Origin: an uncultured delta proteobacterium | GTDB taxonomy: Bacteria > Desulfobacterota > Syntrophia > Syntrophales > UBA5619 | Direction: 5' to 3' | NCBI GenBank assembly: GCA_963842685.1 | Contig: CAWJHT010000043.1 | Location: 384-64,383 of the forward strand | DNA: 64,000 bases | Part shown: positions 23,011 through 32,825 of the stretch, one piece after another | Position numbering within the stretch: the stretch's first letter is position 1 | Layout of the letters: the number at the start of each line of letters is the position of its first letter | The notes under the pieces: generated by a model | Database searches by the model: none | Seen by the model: only the letters and a program-made list of their open reading frames with translations | What the model was told of the DNA's origin: nothing | Program-made: the position numbers and the translations under genes

Positions 23011-24349
23011 ATGGACGTGACATCAATCCCGAGCAACGAGAAAGCCGCATGGCTCCAGGTTTTTACCTGGGGCCTGTTTCTCCTGATCTTCTGGCCTTTC
23101 TCTCTTTACGCCGAAGAAACCTATACGTTCGATCTTTCCGAAATTGAAAAGAAGCCCTATCACATCGGCGGCTATGCGGAGATCAAGCCGACCCTCTCCT
23201 GGCCCGGAGAGGATTCCGCCCTCTACCGGCTCAAGTATTATAACCGGGATGTCGGGAAGGTGCTGGATGAATACAATTTCAAACTCCAACTTGAAGGAAG
23301 CTTCGAAAAAGAGATCGCCCGCCTCTACTTTAAAACCAACACGGACTACAAAACCTCACGCCTGGGCGACAAGGAGAAAACGGACCTCTATGAGGGGTAT
23401 CTGTCCCTGAATCCTCTCCTCCTCCTGGAAGGTCGATGCGGGAAAGAAAACCTTGAAGTGGGGGAAGGGATACGCCTGGAACCCCGTGGCGTTTATCGAC
23501 AGACCCAAGGACCCGGACGATCCCGAAGTCGCCATGGAAGGGGTCTTCGCCTTATCCGCCGACTATACGAAAAGCTTCGACGGGCCGCTGAAAACCCTTT
23601 CCGTCACGCCGGTCCTGCTTCCCGTCTACGATCACATCAACGCGGAACTCGGGAAAAGAGACTACCTCAATGTGGCCGGGAAACTCTACCTGCTTTTCTA
23701 TGACACCGACATCGACCTGATCTTCCTGACGGGCGGCAGCCGGACAACCCGTTACGGCGCGGATTTTTCCCGGAATATCGGCACCAACTGGGAGATTCAT
23801 GGCGAGATTGCCACCATCAAGGATGTCCAGGCGAACCGGATCGACAGATCCGGAAAGGTTTCCGTGGAGGAATACGATGCGACGAGTTTCTTGCTGGGAA
23901 CGAGAGTCCTGACCACCAGCGACACGACCTTCATCTTCGAATATTACCGAAACGGCACGGGGTTCACCGAAGAGGAGATGAAGAATTTCTTCGGTTTTGT
24001 GAACGACGCGTATCAGACCTATGTGACGACGGGCGCGGACGCCGCTCTGCAGAGGGCCTCCACGCTTTTCGACGGCAATTACGGCCGGGTCAACCCCATG
24101 CGCGATTACCTCTATCTGCGGATCGCCCAGAAAGAGCCCTTCGATATTCTCTATTTCAATCCGGCGATCACGACCATCCTGAATCTGAACGACCGGAGCT
24201 TCACGATATCCCCCGAAATCGTCTACACGCGCATCAAGAACCTGGATCTGCGGCTCAAGGCGAGCGTCATCACCGGGTCCAAAGACAGCGAATACAGAGA
24301 AAAACCATTCGACTACCGGCTGGAATTCAGGGCCGGGTATTATTTTTAA
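23011..24349 (+). CDS. predicted outer-membrane beta-barrel protein; one frame break in a (CTC)n run near 23415
   Basis: N-terminal signal-like segment ..LFLLIFWPFSLYA, alternating hydrophobic beta-strand patterning, and a C-terminal ..YRLEFRAGYYF ending in Phe. Confidence 0.6.
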
Positions 24350-24363
24350 TCCCGGGCGATCTT

Positions 24364-25595
24364 TCAGGACGACTGCTCCCGGTTGTCGTGCCTTCTGACG
24401 AGGAATGCAGAAGAAGAAGATCAGGGCGATCGATCCGTATCCGCAGAACTGCATCAAAAATGCGCTTCCCCACTGCTTGATCAGCCAGCTTCCGATAATG
24501 CCTCCCAGGGCGGATGCCAGCGACATCCGCGCCACGTTCATGATGCTCATGTAGGTGGCGCGCATGGCTGCATGGGCCTGCCGGTCGACGAAATCGATGA
24601 TCCCGATGTGCGTGAGACCAAACCCCGGTCCCTGCAGGAGCGACGCAGCCAATTTCCAGAGATACGGCGTCTCCAGGGTAAAGAAAGAATAAAGAATCAG
24701 ACGGATGCCGTTTATTAACAGGCCCAGCATGATCAACCATCGGTTTCCGAACAGGTCGATCAACTTCCGGGAAAACTTCATGACCGGTATTTCGAAAAGG
24801 GTCCAGGCGCCGAAGATCAATCCGATCTCCAGCGGCGTCTTCATGACATCATCGAAAAAGTAGCTGGTATAATTTGCGGCGGCATTGGTCACCACCCCGT
24901 TGAGAAAAATAAAGACCAGGAACCCCTGGAACAAGGTGTCTTTCTTGAGATGATTCCAGGGGATTTGAATGGGAGCCGCCGCCGGTCTGGTCTCGATGCC
25001 GGACCAGGATACCACTCCCAGCAGGGTAAATGTCAGTGCCGTCCCATAAAAGATCAGAGAATCGTTGTGGAAATAGAAAAGGAGAGCCCCCATCAGGACC
25101 GTTGCAATGCTCCATCCGTACGTACCCCATAACCGGTAGGCCCCGTACGATTCCCGCCGGAAGTGCTTGATTGAGAAAGAGAAGCGTCTCCGCATCGACC
25201 ATGGGCATGAGCGGCAGGAGGCAGCAGTTCAAAAAGAAGAGCATGCTGAAAATGAAGATGAATTTGCCGCCCAACCCCCAGTCGCGGGCGAAATCGCCGC
25301 CGGTCAATCCGATCAGGAACGCAAAGAGGGCAACGCCGAAACAGAGGAAGGTGATCAGGTGTTTCCCGGAGTGGAACTTGTCGGCAAGAATTCCCGCCGG
25401 GATATTGGCGATCAGGCTCACGAGCGGCATGACAAAAAAGATCAGGCCGATCAGGCCGATGGCGGGGGTTCCATCGGCATTGACAATCACGTGTTTGTAG
25501 AAGATGCCAAAATACGGTGAACCGGCTCCCAAAGCGACAAAAAACAGGAAGAAAAGCGTCTTCAGATAGACAGATTGTTTCTTGATGGGATCCAT
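24364..25595 (-). CDS. MFS transporter; two frame breaks (near 25185 and in a (TTC)3 run near 24400)
   Basis: The 24849..25595 ORF gives the N-terminal six TMs and the 25195 frame gives the remaining TMs. The proposed stop (..AFLVRRHDNREQSS-TGA at 24364) requires a shift. Otherwise the ORF runs antisense through the barrel gene. Confidence 0.65.
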
Positions 25596-25627
25596 TTATA
25601 GTGGAAGATGCATTTGCGTATCCGGGC

Positions 25628-26470
25628 TCAGCGGGTGAGAAGGACCGGAATCGTGCTCTTCCGGATGACCGAGGAGGTTGTGCATCCGACCAGCAGCTCC
25701 CGGAGGCGGTTGTGGCCGTAGGCCCCCATGACGAGGAGATCCACCGCCCCCTCCCGGATGAATTTGAGGAGCTCTTTGTCTTCCTTGCCTTTCAGGATGA
25801 GGATGGTGCTGTCGACCGGGGTGGTTTTGAGGAACTCCTTTGCCTTCTCCGAAAGTTTAGCGCCAAGGGTCTGATCGTCCGTGATGATGACGACCGACAG
25901 CGGCCAGGCGGCCTGTGCCGACAGTTCGGCGGCAAGTTTCAGGGCGTTCTGGGCCGGGGCGCTCCCGTCGTAGGCGAGGGCCATGCTTTTGATCTCCCGG
26001 AAGTGTTCCGGAGTGACCAGAACCGGTTTCCCGGAGCGCCGGACGACGGACTGGGCAGTGGAGCCGAGGATCGCCCCGCCGTCGATGTGGAAGTGTTCGC
26101 CGCGCTGGGCCAGGAGGATCCAGTCGCAGCACTTCCGACCCTCCTCGATGATCGTCTCGTCGATCACCCCGGTGACCTTCTTCGTTTCGGGATGGATCTC
26201 CGCCGCCTCGCACTGCTCGCGGAACTCCTTGAGAATCGATTCGGCCTTGGCATCGAGGCTGCTTTCGATGGCCGGGAGAAACTCCTGGTAAGGGGGGAGG
26301 CCGATGGAGCCGGAGATGTCCGTGAAGACGGGTCCCCGGATGAGCCGGATGTCCACGACGTGCAATCCCGTCAGTTGGATGTCCAGTTTCCGGGCGAAAT
26401 AGATGCCGTAGGCGATGGCCGTTTTTCCGTAATCGGAGCCATCGGTAGGGATAAGGATATTCCTGACCAT
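25628..26470 (-). CDS. universal stress protein, tandem Usp domains
   Basis: Intact 280 aa. Two halves each end in the G..GH(N)R..E..VGSTxxxV(I/V)R pattern (AILGSTAQSVVRRSGKPVLV; LLVGCTTSSVIRKSTIPVLL). Confidence 0.9.
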   Translation of the reverse strand: MVRNILIPTDGSDYGKTAIAYGIYFARKLDIQLTGLHVVDIRLIRGPVFTDISGSIGLPPYQEFLPAIESSLDAKAESILKEFREQCEAAEIHPETKKVTGVIDETIIEEGRKCCDWILLAQRGEHFHIDGGAILGSTAQSVVRRSGKPVLVTPEHFREIKSMALAYDGSAPAQNALKLAAELSAQAAWPLSVVIITDDQTLGAKLSEKAKEFLKTTPVDSTILILKGKEDKELLKFIREGAVDLLVMGAYGHNRLRELLVGCTTSSVIRKSTIPVLLTR

Positions 26471-26559
26471 ATTGCCTCCTTTTGCATTTCAATAACGGTT
26501 CGCAGGGGCTACCTCTCCTCGGGTATCAGAGGTAAAAATCGCCATCGGTCCGGTCTCCG

Positions 26560-26895
26560 ATTATTCCACGCCTGTCGGGATAATGCAGATAAAACGGAGG
26601 ACTCCCTTGCCTTTGTTGATCAGGCAGTGTTTTTCCCCGGCGGGGAGAAAAGGGTGCTCCCCTCTCCGACGGTCGTTTCCTTTCCGTCCTTGTCGCGCGC
26701 CGCGCCCTCGCCGGCGAGGATGAAGATTTCGTGCTCCCAGGGGTGGGCATGGTCCGGGCTTGTGAGACCGGGTGCGACTTCAAATACCCGCATGATGAAG
26801 TTTTCCGCCCCTTCGTCCGGGCCGATCACGACCCTCTTTTTAACGCCCGGCATCGGTTCCGTGGCCGGTATATCGCGGTAATGGCGTATTTTCAT
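26560..26895 (-). CDS. cupin-domain protein; 1-nt frame break near 26640
   Basis: Cupin motif SPDHAHPWEHEIFILAGEG. The downstream frame gives GEKHCLINKGKGVLRFICIIPTGVE-stop. The break sits in ccgccggggaaaaacac (G/A homopolymers). Confidence 0.7.
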
Positions 26896-27124
26896 GGAAA
26901 ACCTCCCAGGTTGAATCTAACATGAAGACGGAAGCGCTCTCATATGAAAAAGCATATGATTTTTCATAAGCCATCCGCCGGGAGATTGCAACAGAAAATC
27001 ATTGCGGATGCGTTCCTGTGTTCATATCCCTGCCGGTTGCGACTCCGTTTCCTCGCCGATCTGTCGGCGCCAAACGTCCAGAGCCATTTTGCTAGAAATC
27101 ACGGACCGGAACGGCCCGCCAAAT

Positions 27125-28120
27125 TTACAGTCCCAATACAGCGGCCAGGTTCTTTCCAAAAATAAGGCTCTGCATCTTTTCATCCTGCACGGCGGCCTTC
27201 ACGGAACCGATGGGGTCGGTATCGGCCATGTCATAGGGATAATCCGTTCCCAGGAACACATGGCCGGGAGGCATCAATTCCAGGACAAAACGGAGGGTCT
27301 CCGGCCGGAAAGTGATCGTATCCACGTAGAAGTTCTTAAGGTAATAGGAAAAGGGGTGCCGGCAATGGTCCTGGGCCTCGGGACGCACGGATTGACCGTG
27401 TTCGAGTCGACCGACGAGAAAGGGCAGAACGCCGCCCGCGTGGGAAAGGCATATTTTCAAATTCGGGAAGCGATCCAGCACGCCCCCGAATACCAGATGT
27501 GCCGCCGTGATGGCGGATTCCAGAGGGAGACCCAGGAAATTGGCGAGGTAATAGTTACGGACCCTCTCGATGCCGGCAGGATTGCTGGGATGAATGAATA
27601 GGGGGACGTCCAACTCCTCCACTTTCGCAAAAAAAGGCTGGAAGACCTCTTCGTCAAAGCCGTGACCGTTGACGTTTGAACCCATGACGACTCCCCGCAG
27701 CCCGAGGTTCTGAACCGCGTGAGAAAGCTCCCGGACGGCAAGATCCACATCCTGGAGCGGGACGGTGGCCAATCCGACCCATTGATCGGGGCGCCGCCGC
27801 ACTTCCTTCGCCGTAAATTCGTTGACCATTCGCGATAACTCCGAGGCGGCGGAACTCTCCGTCCAGTAAAAAAACATCGTCTGGGTCGGCTGCAGGACAC
27901 CCATCGTCATTCCCGCCGCGTTCAGATCGGCGATATTCTCATCCAGATCGCTCATCTTGCGATCCCAGTCTCCTCCCTTTTCACGGTTGATTTGCTCGGA
28001 CCGTTCGTTCAGTCCCGAAGGATAGATGTGACTGGATTTCACCGGGTTCAGCTTGCTGCCGGCCGCAATTGCCTCCTGCAACAGGATATGTCGATGACCA
28101 TCGATTGCTTTGACGTCCAT
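27125..28120 (-). CDS. amidohydrolase-2 family protein (ACMSD/LigW-type metal-dependent decarboxylase or hydratase family)
   Basis: Intact 331 aa. N-terminal IDGHRHI (HxH), ..PLFIHPSNP.., ..ICLSHAGG.., ..FLGTDYPY (Asp ligand). Confidence 0.85.
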   Translation of the reverse strand: MDVKAIDGHRHILLQEAIAAGSKLNPVKSSHIYPSGLNERSEQINREKGGDWDRKMSDLDENIADLNAAGMTMGVLQPTQTMFFYWTESSAASELSRMVNEFTAKEVRRRPDQWVGLATVPLQDVDLAVRELSHAVQNLGLRGVVMGSNVNGHGFDEEVFQPFFAKVEELDVPLFIHPSNPAGIERVRNYYLANFLGLPLESAITAAHLVFGGVLDRFPNLKICLSHAGGVLPFLVGRLEHGQSVRPEAQDHCRHPFSYYLKNFYVDTITFRPETLRFVLELMPPGHVFLGTDYPYDMADTDPIGSVKAAVQDEKMQSLIFGKNLAAVLGL

Positions 28121-28263
28121 GGTTTCCCCTTTCGTTTCTTCGTTATCGGATTGCTACATCTATCTATATAATATTAAATGATTATTCATGACAGCGTTAG
28201 GATAAGAAAACCGGTCTCATATGTCAAGCAGATTTTGTCCCCTTGATTTTGTTCCAGGTCGAC

Positions 28264-29226
28264 TCACTCTTCACCCTGGAAAAATCTGTTCCAGGCTTCG
28301 GTCTGTTGCCGACCAATGACCTCGTTAAAGCCATCGAACCATCTCTCAGGGTGCATGTCAGCACCGGCCATCACCGATGCACCTCGGCCGACAATGTTAA
28401 AGTAACGCTTCTGAGCCGCCCGTCCTGCAAGGAGGGGTCCGATGCAGTAAAGCGCAATGGCGAAGCCCATTCTGTGAAGTTCGGCAGGGCTCTTGTAAGG
28501 GGTCTTTGGACTTCCCTCGATCATATTGGCGACAGAAAGAACCGACGAGCCCTTAAACTCATCTGCCGAACGGGTGAGCTGCTCCTCATCTTCAGGTGCC
28601 TCAATGAAGATGATTTTTGCACCTGCCTCAGCGTAAAGAAGACTGCGCCTGACCGCTTCATTGAAACCATGAGCTGCAATGGCATCAGTTCTGGCCATGA
28701 CCATCATGTCTTCCTGGCTCTCAGCAAAGCTGATGGCTGGCCGGAGCCGGAGCTCGATCATCTCCTCCGCAGAAATGAGAACCTTTCCCTTTCCTCTGGG
28801 ACCTTGCATGTGGCCGCAGCTCTTATTGATCGCATACTGATCCTCTATTTGGATGTACTGAGCACCCTGTTTATGGACCTGGCGGCAGGTCAGGACGATT
28901 GAGGATGGTTCATTTCCATATCCGGTATCGATATCCACACCGATTGGAAAAGCAGGTTTCCCCGTATCGAGGGCAGCCATCCAAGTGGCCTGTTCAATAA
29001 TGTCGGTCTGGTGCACGATCTCTGACCGAAGGATGTAACCAAGGTCTGGAAGGCCAAAACTTGCTGCACAAAGATACCCTGAAACGAAGGTAAGGAAGCC
29101 TCCTATATAATCCGGGACCGCATTTTGATCATAAAGTTCATAAACACTATGATGAAGCTGCCGCGCCTCAGCGCCGTTTGCCACACCAATGGCAACAAGA
29201 ATTCGCCCGTCACGTTTCGCTACCAT
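28264..29226 (-). CDS. isocitrate lyase / PEP mutase superfamily enzyme
   Basis: Contains KSCGHMQG (superfamily signature K-[KR]-C-G-H), DIDTGYGN, IQIEDQ and MVMARTDA. Start set at the first in-frame ATG after the ACT-gene stop. Confidence 0.75.
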   Translation of the reverse strand: MVAKRDGRILVAIGVANGAEARQLHHSVYELYDQNAVPDYIGGFLTFVSGYLCAASFGLPDLGYILRSEIVHQTDIIEQATWMAALDTGKPAFPIGVDIDTGYGNEPSSIVLTCRQVHKQGAQYIQIEDQYAINKSCGHMQGPRGKGKVLISAEEMIELRLRPAISFAESQEDMMVMARTDAIAAHGFNEAVRRSLLYAEAGAKIIFIEAPEDEEQLTRSADEFKGSSVLSVANMIEGSPKTPYKSPAELHRMGFAIALYCIGPLLAGRAAQKRYFNIVGRGASVMAGADMHPERWFDGFNEVIGRQQTEAWNRFFQGEE

Positions 29227-29275
29227 CTCGTTTAGGCTCTGCCTCTCAACCTTCCAATTGATAAGCCTTCCATTG

Positions 29276-29680
29276 TTATGCCCCTCCTTTAAGGACCTTT
29301 TCCGCCTCTGCCATCTGATGCGTCCTGAGAACCAGGAAGGCCTTAGATCCATCGGGGTGTGCTGAGGCGTATATGTAGTCGATGTTGATCCCTGCCTTCG
29401 CCAGAGCTGTCGCCATTCTCCCCGTTGCTCCCGGAACATTGTCAAGTTCGACGAGAAAGATTTCTGTCTCAACGACACGAAACCCGTCTTTCTTCAAGGC
29501 CTCCAAGGTCCTCACTTCATCTTCGGCGACGATCCTTAGCACCGCTTCCTCTACCGTATCGATGGCACATATGGCCAGGAGATTGACGGACCGCTCAGAG
29601 ATCAGATTACAGAGCTCGGCAAGTGCTCCAGCCCTGTTTTCGAGAAAGACCGAGTATTGTTTGCACTTCCTAAATTTCAT
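29276..29680 (-). CDS. ACT-domain protein
   Basis: 134 aa with two ACT-like halves (VFLENRAGALAELCNLISERSVNLLAI; LDNVPGATGRMATALAKAGINIDYIYA). AAGGAGG RBS. Confidence 0.75.
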   Translation of the reverse strand: MKFRKCKQYSVFLENRAGALAELCNLISERSVNLLAICAIDTVEEAVLRIVAEDEVRTLEALKKDGFRVVETEIFLVELDNVPGATGRMATALAKAGINIDYIYASAHPDGSKAFLVLRTHQMAEAEKVLKGGA

Positions 29681-29714
29681 TTCCTTCCTCCTTTTGTCCT
29701 GCCCCAGTAGTGAG

Positions 29715-29742
29715 ATTATTTATTCAATGTTGAATCAGTCAA
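29715..29742 (-). promoter_or_regulatory. sigma70-like promoter for the ACT / ICL-family / amidohydrolase arm
   Basis: Minus strand reads TTGACT-16 nt-AATAAT, ~35 nt upstream of ATG 29680. Confidence 0.45.
29722..29735. promoter_or_regulatory. palindrome ATTCAA-TG-TTGAAT (operator candidate) inside the promoter spacer
   Basis: Perfect 6+6 inverted repeat. Confidence 0.45.
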
Positions 29743-29815
29743 TAAAGATGCTTCAATCTCATCCCAATAACCCAGCCCGGGTTAAAGCAACCTGTCTCAG
29801 TGATTCCTATTATAG

Positions 29816-29827
29816 ATTCAGTTGAAT
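29816..29827. promoter_or_regulatory. second copy of the palindrome, ATTCA-GT-TGAAT
   Basis: Perfect 5+5 inverted repeat with the same half-site as 29722-29735. Confidence 0.4.
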
Positions 29828-30056
29828 TTATTAATATAAGAATTGTCAAGCCCATTTGTACACCAGGATAGTGTGCCTTGACTCAAGAGGTTATATAATC
29901 ATTACTTGATAGTCTATCACTAAGTAGGGACGACGTCGATAAAAGAGTTATTTGTCGTTGAGGAGTTCACTGGGGGATATTAATCACAGTTTATTTCATA
30001 AAAAATCAATGCATATCGCTTGTTATGTTTTTTGGTTGTATTTTTCTTAATTTATG

Positions 30057-30085
30057 TTGACAGCATAAGTTATATGGATATAAGT
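30057..30085 (+). promoter_or_regulatory. sigma70-like promoter of the gntR operon with an embedded TTATAT-GG-ATATAA palindrome
   Basis: TTGACA-17 nt-ATAAGT, ~37 nt upstream of ATG 30122. The palindrome at 30070-30083 overlaps the -10. A related TTATATAA occurs at 29891-29898. Confidence 0.5.
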
Positions 30086-30121
30086 TCAACCCGTCTTCAT
30101 TATTCTTAAAGGGTTATCTCC

Positions 30122-30889
30122 ATGAAAACTCTGTTGCCTTTGTATTACCAGATCAAGCATACGATAAGAAATTGGATGCTTAATAAAGAATTTAATCCGG
30201 GTCAAAAGATTCCCTCTACCTACCAACTTGCCAAGACATTTAAGGTTAACCATCTGACGGTTCGACAGGCGATTGACGAATTGGTGCAGGAAGGGTTCTT
30301 AATTAGTAAAAGAGGCTCAGGAACTTTTGTTTCTGATGATGAAAATTTGATCCATAGCCTGAGCATCGAAATTACAGGCTTTATGGATGAGATATTCTAC
30401 GAGATTCAGAAGGCTAAGACAGAATCCGTGGTCATGAATGAAATCCCGGCAACAACAGTTGTAAGAGAAATGTTAGCTCTGTCCCCGGCAGCAGAGACGG
30501 TAATACAGATTAAGCGAGTCCGCTTATTAAGAGGAAAATCATTCAATTATGCAGTTAATTACCTTCCTGTGGAAATCGGATCAAGGGTTATTGAAGAAGA
30601 GCTATATAAAAAACCGTTATTACAAATTCTAGAACAGGATCTTAACATTGAATTTACAAACGCCTATCAAACTATTCAAGCTTCGTTTGCAGATCAGGAA
30701 ATCTCGGAGCATTTGAAGGTGCCCTCTGGATCGCCAACGCTATTTATCGAAAGAATCATGTATACAAAAAAAAACAAACCGATTGAAGTCCTTCATGCCT
30801 GGTATCGAGGCGATTCGTTCAAATATGTTGTTCGATTGGAAAATGTAAGAAAAAAGAATAGAAATACCTGGATCCATCAAGGTGGATGA
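30122..30889 (+). CDS. GntR-family transcriptional regulator (HutC-type, UTRA effector domain)
   Basis: wHTH IPSTYQLAKTFKVNHLTVRQAIDELVQEGFLISKRGSGTFV plus a ~170-aa UTRA-like C-terminal domain. Confidence 0.9.
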   Translation: MKTLLPLYYQIKHTIRNWMLNKEFNPGQKIPSTYQLAKTFKVNHLTVRQAIDELVQEGFLISKRGSGTFVSDDENLIHSLSIEITGFMDEIFYEIQKAKTESVVMNEIPATTVVREMLALSPAAETVIQIKRVRLLRGKSFNYAVNYLPVEIGSRVIEEELYKKPLLQILEQDLNIEFTNAYQTIQASFADQEISEHLKVPSGSPTLFIERIMYTKKNKPIEVLHAWYRGDSFKYVVRLENVRKKNRNTWIHQGG

Positions 30890-30988
30890 TTCTATGAAAT
30901 ACAGAATGTTACAGTGGAATTCAAAAAATCTTCCCGATACTTCCCGGTCGGCCATCCCTTCTGTTCATCGATAAAGGAGGCTTTTAGA

Positions 30989-32245
30989 ATGACTCTATCC
31001 GAGAGAATCCTGGCAGCCCATAGCGGCAAGACAGAAGTGAGTCCCGGTGATTTCGTAAACGTATCCGTAGATCTGGTTTTCGCACAGGAACAAATGACAC
31101 CGCTTGTCGTCGACGCTTTCCGAAAGTTGAAGGTTGGAAGGGTGTTTGATCCCAAGAAGGTCCTTTTCATCAATGACCATTCCTGTCCCAGCATGGACAT
31201 AGATGCCGCTGAGCAGGCAAAAATACAGCGCAGTTTTGCCAGGGAACAGGGTACGTTGTATTTCGGTGTCGGAAGAGGCGGAATAGAACATGTTCTTATT
31301 CCGGAAGAGGGGCTGGCATTGCCAGGCCAGGTGATCGTGGGGGCGGATTCGCATACTGTCACCTCCGGAGCTCTGGGGGCATTTGCAACGGGTTTGGGCT
31401 CAACCGATATTGCCGTGGCGATGGCAACAGGGGAAGTATGGATGAAGGTGCCCCCAACCATAAAATTTATGTACCATGGTAAGTTACCGAAATGGGTGGG
31501 CGGGAAAGACCTGATCTTGTACACAATCGGTGATATCGGCGTGGACGGGGCACTGTATTCAGCGATGGAGTTTGCCGGTGAGGCGATTGGCGAGCTAGGC
31601 ATAGAAGGACGCCTTACCATGGCCAATATGGCGGTTGAGGCTGGCGCAAAGAACGGCATCTTCCCGGTGGATGCAAAGACGATGGAGTATCTCAGACAAC
31701 ACGGAGATAAGTCATTTACAGCATACGATTCCGATGAGAATGCCCAATATGCCAAAGTGATTGAGTATGATGTCAGTAAGATGGAACCCCAGGTAGCCTT
31801 TCCCAGCATTCCCTCCAACGTCAAGCCGATAAGCCAGTCAGGAAATATCAAGCTTGACCAGGTCATGATAGGGGCATGCACCAATGGTCGTTTAAGCGAT
31901 CTCCGTGTTGCTGCAGAAATTTTGAAAGGGAAGCAAGTTCATCATGATCTGCGGTGTATCATCATCCCTGGCTCACAGCGCGTCTACCTGAATGCTCTTG
32001 AAGAGGGGTTGATCGAAACGTTTGTTAAGGCCGGAGCCGCCGTAAGTACGCCTACCTGTGGTCCGTGCGCCGGAATCCATATGGGAGTTCTGGCATCCGG
32101 TGAACGGGGCTTGTCGACAACAAACCGAAATTTTGTTGGTCGGATGGGGAGCCCGAAGTCAGAAGTATATCTGGCCAGTCCTGCCGTGGCCGCGGCAAGC
32201 GCGGTGCTTGGTCGAATTGCATCACCGGAGGAGGTTTTATCATGA
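30989..32245 (+). CDS. aconitase-family dehydratase large subunit (LeuC/HacA/DmdA type)
   Basis: AAGGAGG 8 nt upstream of ATG 30989. GADSHT, CTNGR and CGPCAG Fe-S ligand blocks. ~418 aa. Confidence 0.9.
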   Translation: MTLSERILAAHSGKTEVSPGDFVNVSVDLVFAQEQMTPLVVDAFRKLKVGRVFDPKKVLFINDHSCPSMDIDAAEQAKIQRSFAREQGTLYFGVGRGGIEHVLIPEEGLALPGQVIVGADSHTVTSGALGAFATGLGSTDIAVAMATGEVWMKVPPTIKFMYHGKLPKWVGGKDLILYTIGDIGVDGALYSAMEFAGEAIGELGIEGRLTMANMAVEAGAKNGIFPVDAKTMEYLRQHGDKSFTAYDSDENAQYAKVIEYDVSKMEPQVAFPSIPSNVKPISQSGNIKLDQVMIGACTNGRLSDLRVAAEILKGKQVHHDLRCIIIPGSQRVYLNALEEGLIETFVKAGAAVSTPTCGPCAGIHMGVLASGERGLSTTNRNFVGRMGSPKSEVYLASPAVAAASAVLGRIASPEEVLS

Positions 32246-32772
32246 AACTTAAAGGCAGGGCACACAGGTATGGGGCAGATGTAAACACGGACTTGATCAT
32301 ACCGGCGAGGTATCTGCAAAGCGACGATCATGCGTTGTGGATGGCGCACTGTATGGAGGACATAGACACTGAGTTTGTAAAGAGGATGAAGCCGGGGGAT
32401 TTCATCGTAGCAACTACGAACTTTGGTTGCGGTTCATCACGGGAACAGGCGCCGATAGTCATCAAGGACATTGGCGTTTCCTGTGTCATCGCATCCAGTT
32501 TTGCACGAATTTTCTTCCGCAATGCGATCAACATAGGACTGCCTATTTTGGAATGCCCCGAGGCTGCTGAAGCGACAACGATGGGAGACGAGTTGGCGGT
32601 TGACCTGGTCACTGGTGATATAAGAAACCTGACCAAACAAAAGACTTTTCATGCCAAACCCTACCCGGACTTTATGAGGGGAATCATTGAGAAAGGTGGG
32701 CTGATCGCCTACACCAGTATGCGATTTGAAGAGAAAATAGAATCCCGTAAACAAGATCGGTCATGTGACTAA
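32242..32772 (+). CDS. aconitase-family dehydratase small subunit (LeuD/HacB/DmdB type)
   Basis: ATGA overlap with the large subunit. GADVNTDLIIPARYL and NFGCGSSREQAP. Confidence 0.9.
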   Translation: MKLKGRAHRYGADVNTDLIIPARYLQSDDHALWMAHCMEDIDTEFVKRMKPGDFIVATTNFGCGSSREQAPIVIKDIGVSCVIASSFARIFFRNAINIGLPILECPEAAEATTMGDELAVDLVTGDIRNLTKQKTFHAKPYPDFMRGIIEKGGLIAYTSMRFEEKIESRKQDRSCD

Positions 32773-32825
32773 AGGTTTGACGAAAATATCATCTGTCGAA
32801 GACATTACGTTGATTGGAGGAAGAA

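Noticed and set aside
23552-24363. The 3' ~270 codons of the 547-aa minus ORF 23552..25195.
   Set aside because: They run antisense through the beta-barrel gene. A plausible MFS C-terminus and stop (24364) appear after a 1-nt shift in a (TTC)3 run, so the long tail is read-through caused by a frame error.
25601-26881. 426-aa plus-strand ORF.
   Set aside because: It is antisense to the intact tandem-USP gene and the cupin gene, and its composition is Asp/Gly/Arg-rich low complexity.
30892-31884. 330-aa minus-strand ORF.
   Set aside because: It is antisense to the LeuC-type dehydratase, whose Fe-S ligand motifs and strong RBS identify the real frame.
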